Source: Treponema sp. (GTDB taxonomy: Bacteria; Spirochaetota; Spirochaetia; Treponematales; Treponemataceae). From it: a DNA stretch of 64,000 bases. This document shows, in pieces, positions 46,965 to 56,428 of this stretch. The first letter of the stretch is position 1; every line of letters begins with the position of its first letter. The translations under genes were made by a program, and so were the position numbers. The notes under the pieces are model-generated. The model saw only the letters and a list, made by a program, of their open reading frames with translations. It had not been told where the DNA came from and did not search any database. The stretch spans positions 9,670-73,669 of the forward strand of contig JBHAFG010000007.1 in assembly GCA_041855945.1 (NCBI GenBank). The letters are read 5' to 3'.

Positions 46965-47345
46965 ATGAGCGACTTCCATTACAGCGAAAAACCCGAAACA
47001 TACACCCACGATGAACTTCTGCTTGTAAAAGAGTGTGTGGAACTTCCCGTCCTTTCAGAAAAACTTGATTTGCTGGTTTCCGCCCTTTCGGACAAAAAAG
47101 ACCGTTCCGCAATTTTTTTCATGCCAAAATCAACGTTCGACATATTTTCGGCCTTCCAGAAAAATGCGGCCCTCTGCCAGGTGCAAATACAGGACGTTCA
47201 GGATATGGTGCAGAGCCTTGACGCGTCAGAAAATTCCGAACACAAAATCCGCCTTCAAAAAAAACTCAAAATACTGCTGGACTACATGAACCTTGGAAAC
47301 AGCGTCGTTCCCACGGTGGTAAATACGGAAGCCCTGCGTGCATGA
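46965..47345 (+). CDS. hypothetical protein (126 aa)
   Basis: ORF only. Confidence 0.35.
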   Translation: MSDFHYSEKPETYTHDELLLVKECVELPVLSEKLDLLVSALSDKKDRSAIFFMPKSTFDIFSAFQKNAALCQVQIQDVQDMVQSLDASENSEHKIRLQKKLKILLDYMNLGNSVVPTVVNTEALRA

Positions 47346-47482
47346 CCTGCGCGCGTGTTCTGTAAAACTTCTGCAGGGAAGATTCCCTTCGCGCGTTGCA
47401 GGTTTCCTCATACGTATTATAAAAACTTGTTTTTTATGGTTTTTTGTGTTATAAATGCACCATACTATTGAGGAGAACTGTT

Positions 47483-49714
47483 TTGAGAGAATCTGCTTCG
47501 ACTGAAAATTCGACCGACCCGCTAAGTCCGTTTGGTTCGGCCAATTTACATTCTTCTGCTTCTGCAACTGAAGCGCAGACTGTCCGCGTAAAATTTCCAA
47601 TCGGTGTAAAACTTGCCATAATCATTGGTTTTATCGTTCTTGTTTCCTTGGGTGCTGTAACTTTTTTAAACAGCCACTTTACAGGCGAAGACGTAAAAAT
47701 CACCGCGGAAAATTCAAATCTTTCCGTCAATTCACGGGCTGCAAGCACTGTTGAAGACAAATTTTCTACAATCCGCTCAAACGTTTTTCAACTTCTTGAT
47801 TTGATAAACGTAGTTTCAGGCGGACGCACTGCCGCTCTGGCCCGTCAGGCGGAAGCGTTCTTTTTTGAGCGCAATTCCGACATCGCTTCCATACACATTT
47901 TGTCAAGCGACAGCATTTCTTCTAAAAATTCAACCGACGTAAACATCATAAACAATCGCTTTTTCATACAGAACGAACTGGATACAGCTTCCGCAGATGC
48001 GTTTTTATCTTCGGCGGAAGACCGCATTGTCCGCTCGTGCAGGGGAGAAACAATAGCACTGAACGCTTCTCCTTTTTTTGAACTTCCCGTAATGGCTTTG
48101 CTTTTTCCCTATACGGAAAACGGCAGGGAGCAGACTTGTGTAATTGTTTTTTCCATAGAAACCGTTTCGGACATTCTCGGAAGCGATTCTGTAAATACAA
48201 CCTTCATCATAAACGACAGCGATGAGCTTTTGTGTCATCCCGAAACTGAAAAAATTCTTCGCGGCGAAAGCCTTTCAAACAATGTGCTTGTTTCCTTGAT
48301 GAGAAAAAACAATCAAAACTCAAGCGACAGCAGACAAATTCCTTATGTAGAACAAAACGAAAACGGCAAAAAAGTTTCGTTTTACGGTGCGTATAAAAAA
48401 CTCGGCATGGGAGACATGGTGGTTCTGACCTCGGTGCCTTTGGATTCGATTCTTGAAGGAGTTCGCACCACACGACGCAACAACATCTACCTCATGGGGA
48501 TTGTATTTTTCCTTTCCATAATATTTATTTTGGTGTTTGCACGCTTTGCAATTTCACGGCATCTTCAAAAACTCACCCTGGCGGCAGAAGAAATTAAAAA
48601 AGGTAATTTTGACACGCCTCTGTTCGACGAACTTTCTACAAAACGGCAGGACGAAATTGGAGTTTTAAACCAAAGTACAAAGGACGAAAGCGAGTTTTTG
48701 AATTTGTTCTCCAAGTTTACAAACCGCGGAGTCGCCAAGTCCATTGCACGAAAGGAAATTGACTTTGAACCTCACTTAAAGGACGTTACGATTTTTTTCA
48801 GCGACATAAGGGGCTTTACTGCAATTTCAGACGGATTTAAAAACCGCTTCGGAAACGATTCTCCAAAAGAAATCATAGGATTTTTGAACGACTATATGAG
48901 CCGCATGGTAAACTGTATTACTTTGAGCGGCGGAAACGTAGATAAATTTGAAGGCGATGCCATTATGGCGGTGTGGGGAGTTTTACGCGACAACAATCTT
49001 GACTTTGAAAAATTGAGCGACACCGACCCCAATAAAAAAGCCCTCAAAATCAAGCATTACAGTCAGGTTATGGACGATGCCTTGAATGCAATACGCGGAA
49101 CCATAGCAATGCGTTACGCTTTGATGAAGTACAACAAAGACGCCCAGGAGTTTACAAAACTTCACGAGGGAGAGGAAAAACCCAAGTACAAGCCTCACAT
49201 TCAAATAGGCTGCGGTTTAAATACAGGACGGGCAACCTGCGGTATTATGGGTTCTGAAGACAAAATGGAATATACTGCGATAGGCGATGCCGTAAACTTT
49301 GCAAGCAGAACGGAAAGTTCAAACAAGCCTTGCGGCACTGACATTTTGATTACTGAAGACACATACAATCTTTTAAAATTCCGCTACATCAAAAATGAAT
49401 CAAACAATTTTGAAATATCGGAAAAATTTAGAGAAAACGAAATAATTGTAGAACGCATTCCTGTAGAATTTGAAGTCAAAGGAAAGGGCGCGCAGCATTT
49501 TTACGGCGTTGTAAATATGCCCAACTTTGACATAGAAAAATTCTTTAGAAAAGGCGATTGTGATTTTACGGTGGATGAAGATTGTGCAAGGGCTGTAGGT
49601 CCAAAAGGTCCTAAAACATTGAACGAAGTTAGAACAATGCTTGGTATTCCAATCCCTGAATTTGATAAGGTGAACCTGAATGAAGAAGAAAACAAAATTC
49701 AAGTTAAAAAATAA
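47483..49714 (+). CDS. membrane-bound class III adenylate/guanylate cyclase with periplasmic sensor domain and HAMP
   Basis: TTG start 7 nt after GAGGAG. TM - ~280-aa periplasmic domain - TM - HAMP (LTLAAEEIKKGNFDT). Cyclase motifs FFSDIRGFTAISD, KFEGDAIMAVWG and GLNTGRATCGIMGSEDKMEYTAIGDAVNFASR. Confidence 0.85.
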   Translation: MRESASTENSTDPLSPFGSANLHSSASATEAQTVRVKFPIGVKLAIIIGFIVLVSLGAVTFLNSHFTGEDVKITAENSNLSVNSRAASTVEDKFSTIRSNVFQLLDLINVVSGGRTAALARQAEAFFFERNSDIASIHILSSDSISSKNSTDVNIINNRFFIQNELDTASADAFLSSAEDRIVRSCRGETIALNASPFFELPVMALLFPYTENGREQTCVIVFSIETVSDILGSDSVNTTFIINDSDELLCHPETEKILRGESLSNNVLVSLMRKNNQNSSDSRQIPYVEQNENGKKVSFYGAYKKLGMGDMVVLTSVPLDSILEGVRTTRRNNIYLMGIVFFLSIIFILVFARFAISRHLQKLTLAAEEIKKGNFDTPLFDELSTKRQDEIGVLNQSTKDESEFLNLFSKFTNRGVAKSIARKEIDFEPHLKDVTIFFSDIRGFTAISDGFKNRFGNDSPKEIIGFLNDYMSRMVNCITLSGGNVDKFEGDAIMAVWGVLRDNNLDFEKLSDTDPNKKALKIKHYSQVMDDALNAIRGTIAMRYALMKYNKDAQEFTKLHEGEEKPKYKPHIQIGCGLNTGRATCGIMGSEDKMEYTAIGDAVNFASRTESSNKPCGTDILITEDTYNLLKFRYIKNESNNFEISEKFRENEIIVERIPVEFEVKGKGAQHFYGVVNMPNFDIEKFFRKGDCDFTVDEDCARAVGPKGPKTLNEVRTMLGIPIPEFDKVNLNEEENKIQVKK

Positions 49715-52649
49715 TCTTCTGCTTCCGTTCATCACTACAATCTTTGTTTGTCTTTTGGGCGTGGCTGTAAACTCTATGCTTTTTTATAAAAGTTTTTTCC
49801 GTGCCCTGTCCAAGTTGAACGAAAAACCTATTGCCACAATTACGTTCAAATACAAGACTGCCCAGCGTAAATTTTTGGAGCGTGTTGTATGGGACAGACT
49901 TCGCCAGGATTCTCCTGTGTACAATGGAGATACAATACATACTGCAAATTTGTCCGAAGCCACAATATATTTTACGGACGGCAACGTCATGGAACTTGCG
50001 GAAAATACAATGGCGCAGGTTTTTTTGAGTGCGGACAAAAGCCTGAAGGCTGAACTTACAGGCGGCTTTGCGACAGTAGATTCTTCCGAATCAAATTCAG
50101 GAATGGTGCTTTCTACAGGCGGAGTTGAAGTTGCACTGCAATCAGGTTCGTCTTTAACCGCTTCTTCTACAAGAAATAATGAAGACGGCACAGCTCCAGG
50201 CGGAATGTCGCTTCAAGTTACAAAAGGAAATGCAGTTATACAGGGGGCGGGAAGCAGGGCTGTAAATATTGCTCAAGGAGAGGCTGTTTCCGTAAGCGAA
50301 AACGCAGCGGAAGGCTCTTCCATAATACAGACAAAACCGCTTTTAATTGTAAAAGAACCTTTGAACAATTCAAAAATTTTGTATCACGAAAAGGGCGGTG
50401 TAAAAGTTCCGTTCAGACTTTCCGTATTGAAGGACGAAAAAACATCTTCCGCCTCCGATGCTGTGATTTTTATTTCTTCGGACAGGAATTTCAAGGACAT
50501 AAAATCGCAGGTCAAAGTAAGTTTAAAGGATTCACAGTCGGAAGATGCAAATTATCTTGATTACATACATCAAACGGAATTTGAAAGCGGAACTTACTAC
50601 TGGAAAGTCAGCGTTGGAGAAGACGATTCTTCCATATATACAACGCAGACAGGTAGAATTCAGATAATTCAATCTTTTGCACCAAGCCTGATAGCACCTG
50701 CAACGGATTATGAATATTCTTTTAGAACAAGAAATCCAAGCGTACGCCTTATTTGGACGGAAAGTTCTTTTGCAACATCCTATAGGCTTGAAATTGCAGA
50801 AAACCCATCAATGCAGAATCCTGTAATAGACCAGAGGACAAATCTTGCATCCGCCATAATTTCAACCCTGCCTCAAGGAAAATACTGGTGGCGTGTTACA
50901 CCTTTTTATACAGTCAACAAAAAAGGCTTTGCATCTCCGTCGCTTGTGCAGAGTTTTTCCATAGCGCAAAAAGGAAATCTTGAAAAAGTAAAAGTGCTTG
51001 TGCCTGCAAACAACGCAATGGTGGATGTTGACGAAAACGGAAGGGACATCGCTTTTTCTTGGAAGAGCGAAAGCGAAGCCGTAAAATATACACTGCTTGT
51101 TGCAAAGAACGAGGAACTCAAAAATCCTTCCATAACAAAAACAACTTCGGAAAATTTTATAAGTTTTTCGGGCAAAGCCAAAATGGCGGAAGGTAAATGG
51201 TATTGGGCTGTAAGACAGGAAGACAGCGAGGGAAATACATCTGAAATTTCTGAAGTGCGTTCTGTTTTTGCAATGAAGGGAAAACCGGAGCAGCACACAA
51301 TAGAACCGCCTTCAAATTACAAGTCGAGCGCGGCGCTTCTGCCCGATACAAAATTCACATGGAAGAAAAATCTGCCCGAAAACTTTGAAAGCACAATTGA
51401 AATTTCAGGCGACGAGAACTTTTCAAAAATTCTTTTCAGACAGGCTGCGTCCGGTACAAGTTTAAGGGGTGTAAACCTTGCGGAAGGAACTTACTGGTGG
51501 CGGCTTGTTTCCAAAAGTACAACCGATGACACTGTATTGACAACGCCAAGCAAAAATTTTTCCGTTGTAGGAAATTTGGATGCCGCGACATTGCAAGAGC
51601 CAAGGACAAAGGCTGTGGCAAGAGAATCCGTTCCATACACGTTCAAATGGAGCGAGGTTGCGGATGCCGATTATTATAAAATCCAGGTTTTCAGAAAGTC
51701 TGACAACGCCTTGGTTCACGAAAACACGGTTTACGGCACTGAAGCACAAATTGAAATGTTCAGCGACAAAAAATTTATAGACAAATCAATGTATCGCTGG
51801 CAGGTTCAGGCAAACGCAAACGCAATACCCGGAATTTCAAGCCGCCGCACAGGACGACTTGCGGAAGGCGAATTTTATCTTGCAAAACTGCGTCCCGTAG
51901 AAATTGAACGCCCGCTGAAAAACGTGCAGATAAAGGGAATTGACGCGATATTGTCGCCCGTAACGGCTGTGTGGAGTTCCGTGGACAAACTTTCAAAGGC
52001 GCAGTTTGTGCTTAGAAAAGTTGACTCGGATGTTTTTGAGGACATAATAAAAATTCCGTCCGACGAAAACGTAAACAAAACATTGGCGCCGAATTCCGTT
52101 CTGCTTGACACAAAGGACGGTTTGCGTCCCGGAAAATACGAAATCATAGTTTACGCCACAACTTTGGACGACATAGACGTTTCAAACACGGAAAGAAAAA
52201 ATCGCGGAACCTTTACAGTTTTACCTGTAGAACCTTTGGCGACCGCTACAAATTTACGCACAGTTCCTGCTGTTTTTGACGCTGAATATTTAAGGAATCC
52301 CGAAAATCCAAGAACAATTACGCTCCATTGGGCAAAAGTTTTGCAGGCTACAGACTATTTTGTTGCAATCAAAAATAAAAGGGGAAGGGAAGTTTTAAGG
52401 CAGAACGTAACGGAAGGAACTTCCTATGCCATAGATTTTACAAAACTTCCCGACGAAGAAAAATCCGCTTTTTCAAACGGAACGTTTACATGGCAGGTTA
52501 TGGCGGTCAGAAGAATAGACAGCGACAAGGACGGAAAACCGGATAAGATTTTGCAGGAAGGCAGAAGGGCGGAGTCTACTTTTACAACAAATGTTCCAAG
52601 TCCGACAAAAACAAAGGCGAAAGGAGCGGCAAATCCGTATGGCAATTAA
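49680..52649 (+). CDS. FecR-domain protein with N-terminal TM anchor and at least 6 Ig/Fn3-like repeats
   Basis: The FecR-like segment is VYNGDTIHTANLSEATIYFTDGNVMELAENTMAQV. Recurrent G-x-Y-x-W-x-V repeat signature: GTYYWKVSV, GKYWWRVTP, GKWYWAVRQ, GTYWWRLVS, SMYRWQVQA, GTFTWQVMA. The start overlaps the cyclase gene by 35 nt. Confidence 0.6.
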   Translation: MKKKTKFKLKNNLLLPFITTIFVCLLGVAVNSMLFYKSFFRALSKLNEKPIATITFKYKTAQRKFLERVVWDRLRQDSPVYNGDTIHTANLSEATIYFTDGNVMELAENTMAQVFLSADKSLKAELTGGFATVDSSESNSGMVLSTGGVEVALQSGSSLTASSTRNNEDGTAPGGMSLQVTKGNAVIQGAGSRAVNIAQGEAVSVSENAAEGSSIIQTKPLLIVKEPLNNSKILYHEKGGVKVPFRLSVLKDEKTSSASDAVIFISSDRNFKDIKSQVKVSLKDSQSEDANYLDYIHQTEFESGTYYWKVSVGEDDSSIYTTQTGRIQIIQSFAPSLIAPATDYEYSFRTRNPSVRLIWTESSFATSYRLEIAENPSMQNPVIDQRTNLASAIISTLPQGKYWWRVTPFYTVNKKGFASPSLVQSFSIAQKGNLEKVKVLVPANNAMVDVDENGRDIAFSWKSESEAVKYTLLVAKNEELKNPSITKTTSENFISFSGKAKMAEGKWYWAVRQEDSEGNTSEISEVRSVFAMKGKPEQHTIEPPSNYKSSAALLPDTKFTWKKNLPENFESTIEISGDENFSKILFRQAASGTSLRGVNLAEGTYWWRLVSKSTTDDTVLTTPSKNFSVVGNLDAATLQEPRTKAVARESVPYTFKWSEVADADYYKIQVFRKSDNALVHENTVYGTEAQIEMFSDKKFIDKSMYRWQVQANANAIPGISSRRTGRLAEGEFYLAKLRPVEIERPLKNVQIKGIDAILSPVTAVWSSVDKLSKAQFVLRKVDSDVFEDIIKIPSDENVNKTLAPNSVLLDTKDGLRPGKYEIIVYATTLDDIDVSNTERKNRGTFTVLPVEPLATATNLRTVPAVFDAEYLRNPENPRTITLHWAKVLQATDYFVAIKNKRGREVLRQNVTEGTSYAIDFTKLPDEEKSAFSNGTFTWQVMAVRRIDSDKDGKPDKILQEGRRAESTFTTNVPSPTKTKAKGAANPYGN

Positions 52650-53970
52650 AAGATTTACGTTTGCCCTTTTTGTTGTTCTGCTTTTTTCGTTGAACACGGT
52701 CTGGGCTAAACCAAAAAAGAAAAACAATACAGGAATACAGATCCTTAATGAAGCCCGTCATTCTGAGCGGAGCGAAGAATCTCCTGAAGCGAGCGAAGAA
52801 GAAATCGCCCAGTCATCGTGGCAGTATCTTGAATGGGACGAGGCAAACCCGTCCTACGTGTTGAAATACGAAGTCGTAATTGAAGAATACAGTGAAAAAG
52901 AAAAGTCTTACATTGAAATAAACAGGCTTTACACGGAAGACAACACAACAAAGGTTCAAGTACAGCCTCTTTTACATCCCGGAAACTACCGATACAAGGT
53001 CATAACGTACAACCTTATAGGAATGGCGGACGTTGAGTCCGATTATTTTGAATTTCAGATTTTCCGCGCGTTCCAACCCGAAATAAGCGATTTGTCTTCG
53101 GCAATAAGCCATACGTCAACACTGTTTTTGGAAGAGTTCAACGACGGAATATTCAATGTTTCGGGCAGAAATCTTTTCATGCCAAAAGAAGACAGCTCAG
53201 ACATTTCGTTTACAACGTACGCTCTTGTAAATACAAAAAAATCCGACGGGCAATACATAAGCCCCAAAATATTGGAAGGCGACGAAAGAAACCGCAGGCT
53301 GAAAATACAGTTCGACATGAAGACACTGGACGCAGGCACATACAATTTTGTTGCAACGGACGCAAGCGGACTCAAAAGCGAAGCTTCCAAAAAAAACGAA
53401 ATAGTCGTCAAATTCAAAAAACGCGTAGACTTTGATTTGAGCGCGCAGTATTCAATACCTGTAGTGCTGTTTGACGACACAGTTAAAACCTACATGAAGT
53501 CGGACGTCTGGCCCTTTAGCATGAGCGCAAGAGCGTCGATGCTGCCTTTCAAGCACCGCTGGGGATATCTGGGAATGGGGCTTACGGCGTCGTACACAAG
53601 AATGTTCGCAAATTTCGACACATACAAAATCGACGGAAATTTAATTACAGCGCACGCAAATTTTGTATACCAATTTCCGCTAAGGTTCAGAATAAAACAG
53701 ACGGACAAAACGCGCCATGTCGCGACGCTGCAACTTCACGCAGGCGGCGGAATGGCGATGTTCAACAACTTCAAGTTCCACTTTGACCACGGAATGGCTT
53801 CCGATCCGCTGAACAGTTTGAACGTCAGTGTAATGGCGGTCGCGCTTTCGCAAATATACATAACAAACAGACTTTACACGGAAGTTTCCGCGGACTACAT
53901 AATGCCATTCGTGTCGGACATGATGTTTGGAATGTTTGTTCCATCGGTCGGCATAGGCTGGCAGTTTTAA
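52639..53970 (+). CDS. secreted protein with N-terminal Ig-like repeat(s) and C-terminal putative OM beta-barrel
   Basis: Start at MAIKRFTFALFVVLLFSLNTVWA after AAGGAG, with an 11-nt overlap onto the FecR-domain gene. GNYRYKVITYN and GTYNFVATD resemble the repeat of the upstream gene. The C-terminus ends ...GIGWQF. Confidence 0.55.
   Translation: MAIKRFTFALFVVLLFSLNTVWAKPKKKNNTGIQILNEARHSERSEESPEASEEEIAQSSWQYLEWDEANPSYVLKYEVVIEEYSEKEKSYIEINRLYTEDNTTKVQVQPLLHPGNYRYKVITYNLIGMADVESDYFEFQIFRAFQPEISDLSSAISHTSTLFLEEFNDGIFNVSGRNLFMPKEDSSDISFTTYALVNTKKSDGQYISPKILEGDERNRRLKIQFDMKTLDAGTYNFVATDASGLKSEASKKNEIVVKFKKRVDFDLSAQYSIPVVLFDDTVKTYMKSDVWPFSMSARASMLPFKHRWGYLGMGLTASYTRMFANFDTYKIDGNLITAHANFVYQFPLRFRIKQTDKTRHVATLQLHAGGGMAMFNNFKFHFDHGMASDPLNSLNVSVMAVALSQIYITNRLYTEVSADYIMPFVSDMMFGMFVPSVGIGWQF
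52757..52785 (+). repeat. copy of dispersed ~27-nt element (GTCATTCTGAGCGGAGCGAAGAATCTCCT) embedded in frame in a CDS
   Basis: Encodes RHSERSEESP just after the signal peptide of the 52639-53970 CDS. Related copies lie at 60593, 61419 and 62298. Confidence 0.6.
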
Positions 53971-53992
53971 GTGCTGTAAAAACCTGCCTCTT

Positions 53993-54049
53993 GCAAAATC
54001 CGCTGTAGCACGCAAAATCTGATGTGTAGCGCAAAATCTGACATTTATG
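53993..54049 (+). repeat. three tandem 19-nt repeats (GCAAAATCyG-N9), intergenic
   Basis: GCAAAATC recurs at 53993, 54012 and 54031. Three hairpins follow at 54077-54098, 54108-54135 and 54151-54166; the last is followed by a T-rich run just before the next RBS. Confidence 0.6.
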
Positions 54050-54195
54050 ATAAAATATAATAAAGTGTTTTGATTTGTAAGTTTGCACGCAAACTTACTT
54101 ATACACTGCTGTTTTTCACTTCGTTGCAAAACAGCGTAAAAATAAAACTCGCAAGTTGATACTTGCTCATTTTATTTTTATAGGAGGAGTTTTAT

Positions 54196-56301
54196 ATGAG
54201 AACGAAAACGGCAGCCAGGCTTTCCGCAATCTTCATATTTACAGCGGCGATTCTTTTTTCTTCCTGCACTTTTTTTAAGGACTCGTTTAATGAACCTGTA
54301 AAGGAATATTTTAAGGAATACACGGAAACAAGCGGTATTTTGGGCTACGAAATTTCCACCAAGGATTTTGTAAAAGGTAGCGACGGCTCTATTATAATTC
54401 CGTCTTCCAAAGATTTTGAACTAACTTTTTATCTTAGAAATCCCCAGCGTTACACCTTTACGGAAAATAATATGCATCTTTCTATGAAGGCTCTGGATTT
54501 AAGCAAAGTGCAATCCGTTTTGGGAGTAGCACCGGATGAAACTCTTGTAAAAATCGTTCAAGACATAGCCGGTTCATCTATACTGAGGCTTTCATATCCC
54601 GCTGAATTTTTAACTTCCGTGGATACGGGTTTTGACATAACTCCTTCTGTAAATATGATTCACCCTGTTTCCAGGGCGGACTTTGGAACTTTTTCGCCTG
54701 TAAAAATAGTCTGCAACAGTCCTCCTCCTGCGGTCTACGGTGCGGTGGTTTACAAAGATTCAACAAACTATTATGTGCTTTTTAATATGCCGTCAGAATC
54801 AATGTTGAAAGGCATTCATCAAGACATTCAGACTCTTACGATAAACGGAAAATCAACACAAGTTACCATCGACAAAACTACAGGAACTTTTAGTTTTACA
54901 AATGCGGCGTTTGTAAAGGGAGATGCACCCGACTCAATTCAAAAAAATTCGGCGGAGTTTGAAAAATACGGACAGCCGGTCTACTTTGCAACGGGAGACG
55001 GAATTTCCGACGACGACAAATCTTACACAATTACCGTCAAAGACAGTTACGGACTTTCAAGCACGGATTCAACTTCGGTAAAATCCGTAAGACTTGAACA
55101 GGTAAAAATTACAAATAAAGATGGAAAGTCTGTTTTGGGCGGAGAAAAAATCTCTCAAGACGAAGATTCTTCTTTTGCAACCTTGACCTTTACACCTGCC
55201 GCAACAGCAGGCGACGGAAAGGACACAGGCGATTCAATTATTGTCTACGAGATATACCAAGGCACAGACGCAAACGGCAAATTTCTACTTAGCGGACGGG
55301 GAACTGGCGGCGCGATTTCTGTAGAAGTTCCGTGTGGTGAAATTTTCCTTAGAGTTTATTCACACAAAGACTACTTTGCAGATTCCATACCGGTAACACT
55401 TGGTGTAAATGTTTTAAAATCGACAATCTATGTATCGCCGAATGGTGACGATACAGGCAACAACGGAAGCAGGAGTTTTCCGTACAAGACAGTATCTAAA
55501 GCTATTTCAGAACTCACCCAAGAAGACAATAGCGGAAACAAAATCATCCTTTTGGGCGATATTGAAGAAAATAATGTAACGATAGAAAGCAATACCAATT
55601 TAACGATAGATGGAAAGTCTCACAAAATTACAGGCAACATTGGAAATTCAGGAAATCTTACACTTGCAGATACTGTAGTCCTCGGAACGGTGGAATTTAC
55701 AGGCGGAAGTCTAACGCTTACAGGCGGCACAAAGGTTGTTGGCGATACAGAAAATGATGGTGGAACTATAAAGTTTAACAATAACGGTTTATCTATAACT
55801 GTTGACACAAATCTTACGGAAAACATCGTTGCAAAAATTAAATTGACCGGCGGTTATACAAAAGGCGATGAAGTGCTCAAGGCTGTGGCAGGAAAAGAAC
55901 TAACCCAGGAAATCTGCAATAAATTTATTACAGATGACTATGTGATAAAACTGAAAGATGACAAAAGCTCCGGAGTCCTTGCCCAGTCAGGCGGAAACAT
56001 AATTGTAAACATTTCTGACGGAGTAAGTTTTGCAATTACAAGCGAGGGTGGTATTGCTCTCGGCAAAGAGATTACCGTTACAGCAAAAAAAGATGGCACT
56101 GATATTACATCGCAATGCACAGCATGGAACATAAAGGTGTACAACAATGGAACAGATGTAACAGCAAAGGTTGAGGCTGACAAAAATACATTTACTCTGC
56201 CAAAAGACACCTTCCCGATCGGAGAGTATACAATACTTGTCGCAGCAGAGTATAACGGCAAAATCTATTCCGCGACATTTATTATAGAAGTAAATGAGTA
56301 A
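54196..56301 (+). CDS. large lipoprotein with predicted right-handed beta-helix region (DUF1565-like)
   Basis: Lipobox ILFSSCTFF. IYVSPNGDDTGNNGSRSFPYKTVSKAISEL matches the typical start of DUF1565/pectin-lyase-fold surface proteins. GN-rich repeats follow. Confidence 0.55.
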   Translation: MRTKTAARLSAIFIFTAAILFSSCTFFKDSFNEPVKEYFKEYTETSGILGYEISTKDFVKGSDGSIIIPSSKDFELTFYLRNPQRYTFTENNMHLSMKALDLSKVQSVLGVAPDETLVKIVQDIAGSSILRLSYPAEFLTSVDTGFDITPSVNMIHPVSRADFGTFSPVKIVCNSPPPAVYGAVVYKDSTNYYVLFNMPSESMLKGIHQDIQTLTINGKSTQVTIDKTTGTFSFTNAAFVKGDAPDSIQKNSAEFEKYGQPVYFATGDGISDDDKSYTITVKDSYGLSSTDSTSVKSVRLEQVKITNKDGKSVLGGEKISQDEDSSFATLTFTPAATAGDGKDTGDSIIVYEIYQGTDANGKFLLSGRGTGGAISVEVPCGEIFLRVYSHKDYFADSIPVTLGVNVLKSTIYVSPNGDDTGNNGSRSFPYKTVSKAISELTQEDNSGNKIILLGDIEENNVTIESNTNLTIDGKSHKITGNIGNSGNLTLADTVVLGTVEFTGGSLTLTGGTKVVGDTENDGGTIKFNNNGLSITVDTNLTENIVAKIKLTGGYTKGDEVLKAVAGKELTQEICNKFITDDYVIKLKDDKSSGVLAQSGGNIIVNISDGVSFAITSEGGIALGKEITVTAKKDGTDITSQCTAWNIKVYNNGTDVTAKVEADKNTFTLPKDTFPIGEYTILVAAEYNGKIYSATFIIEVNE

Positions 56302-56428
56302 ATGAGACTGCAACGCTCAACACAAAAAAATAACTGGTTTTTATATTCTTTATGGGGTATAATACCCGCGGAGTTTTGGGGTTTTACACCTTGCTCCGCA
56401 CCTTATCTGGAATATTTAGGGGGATTTT

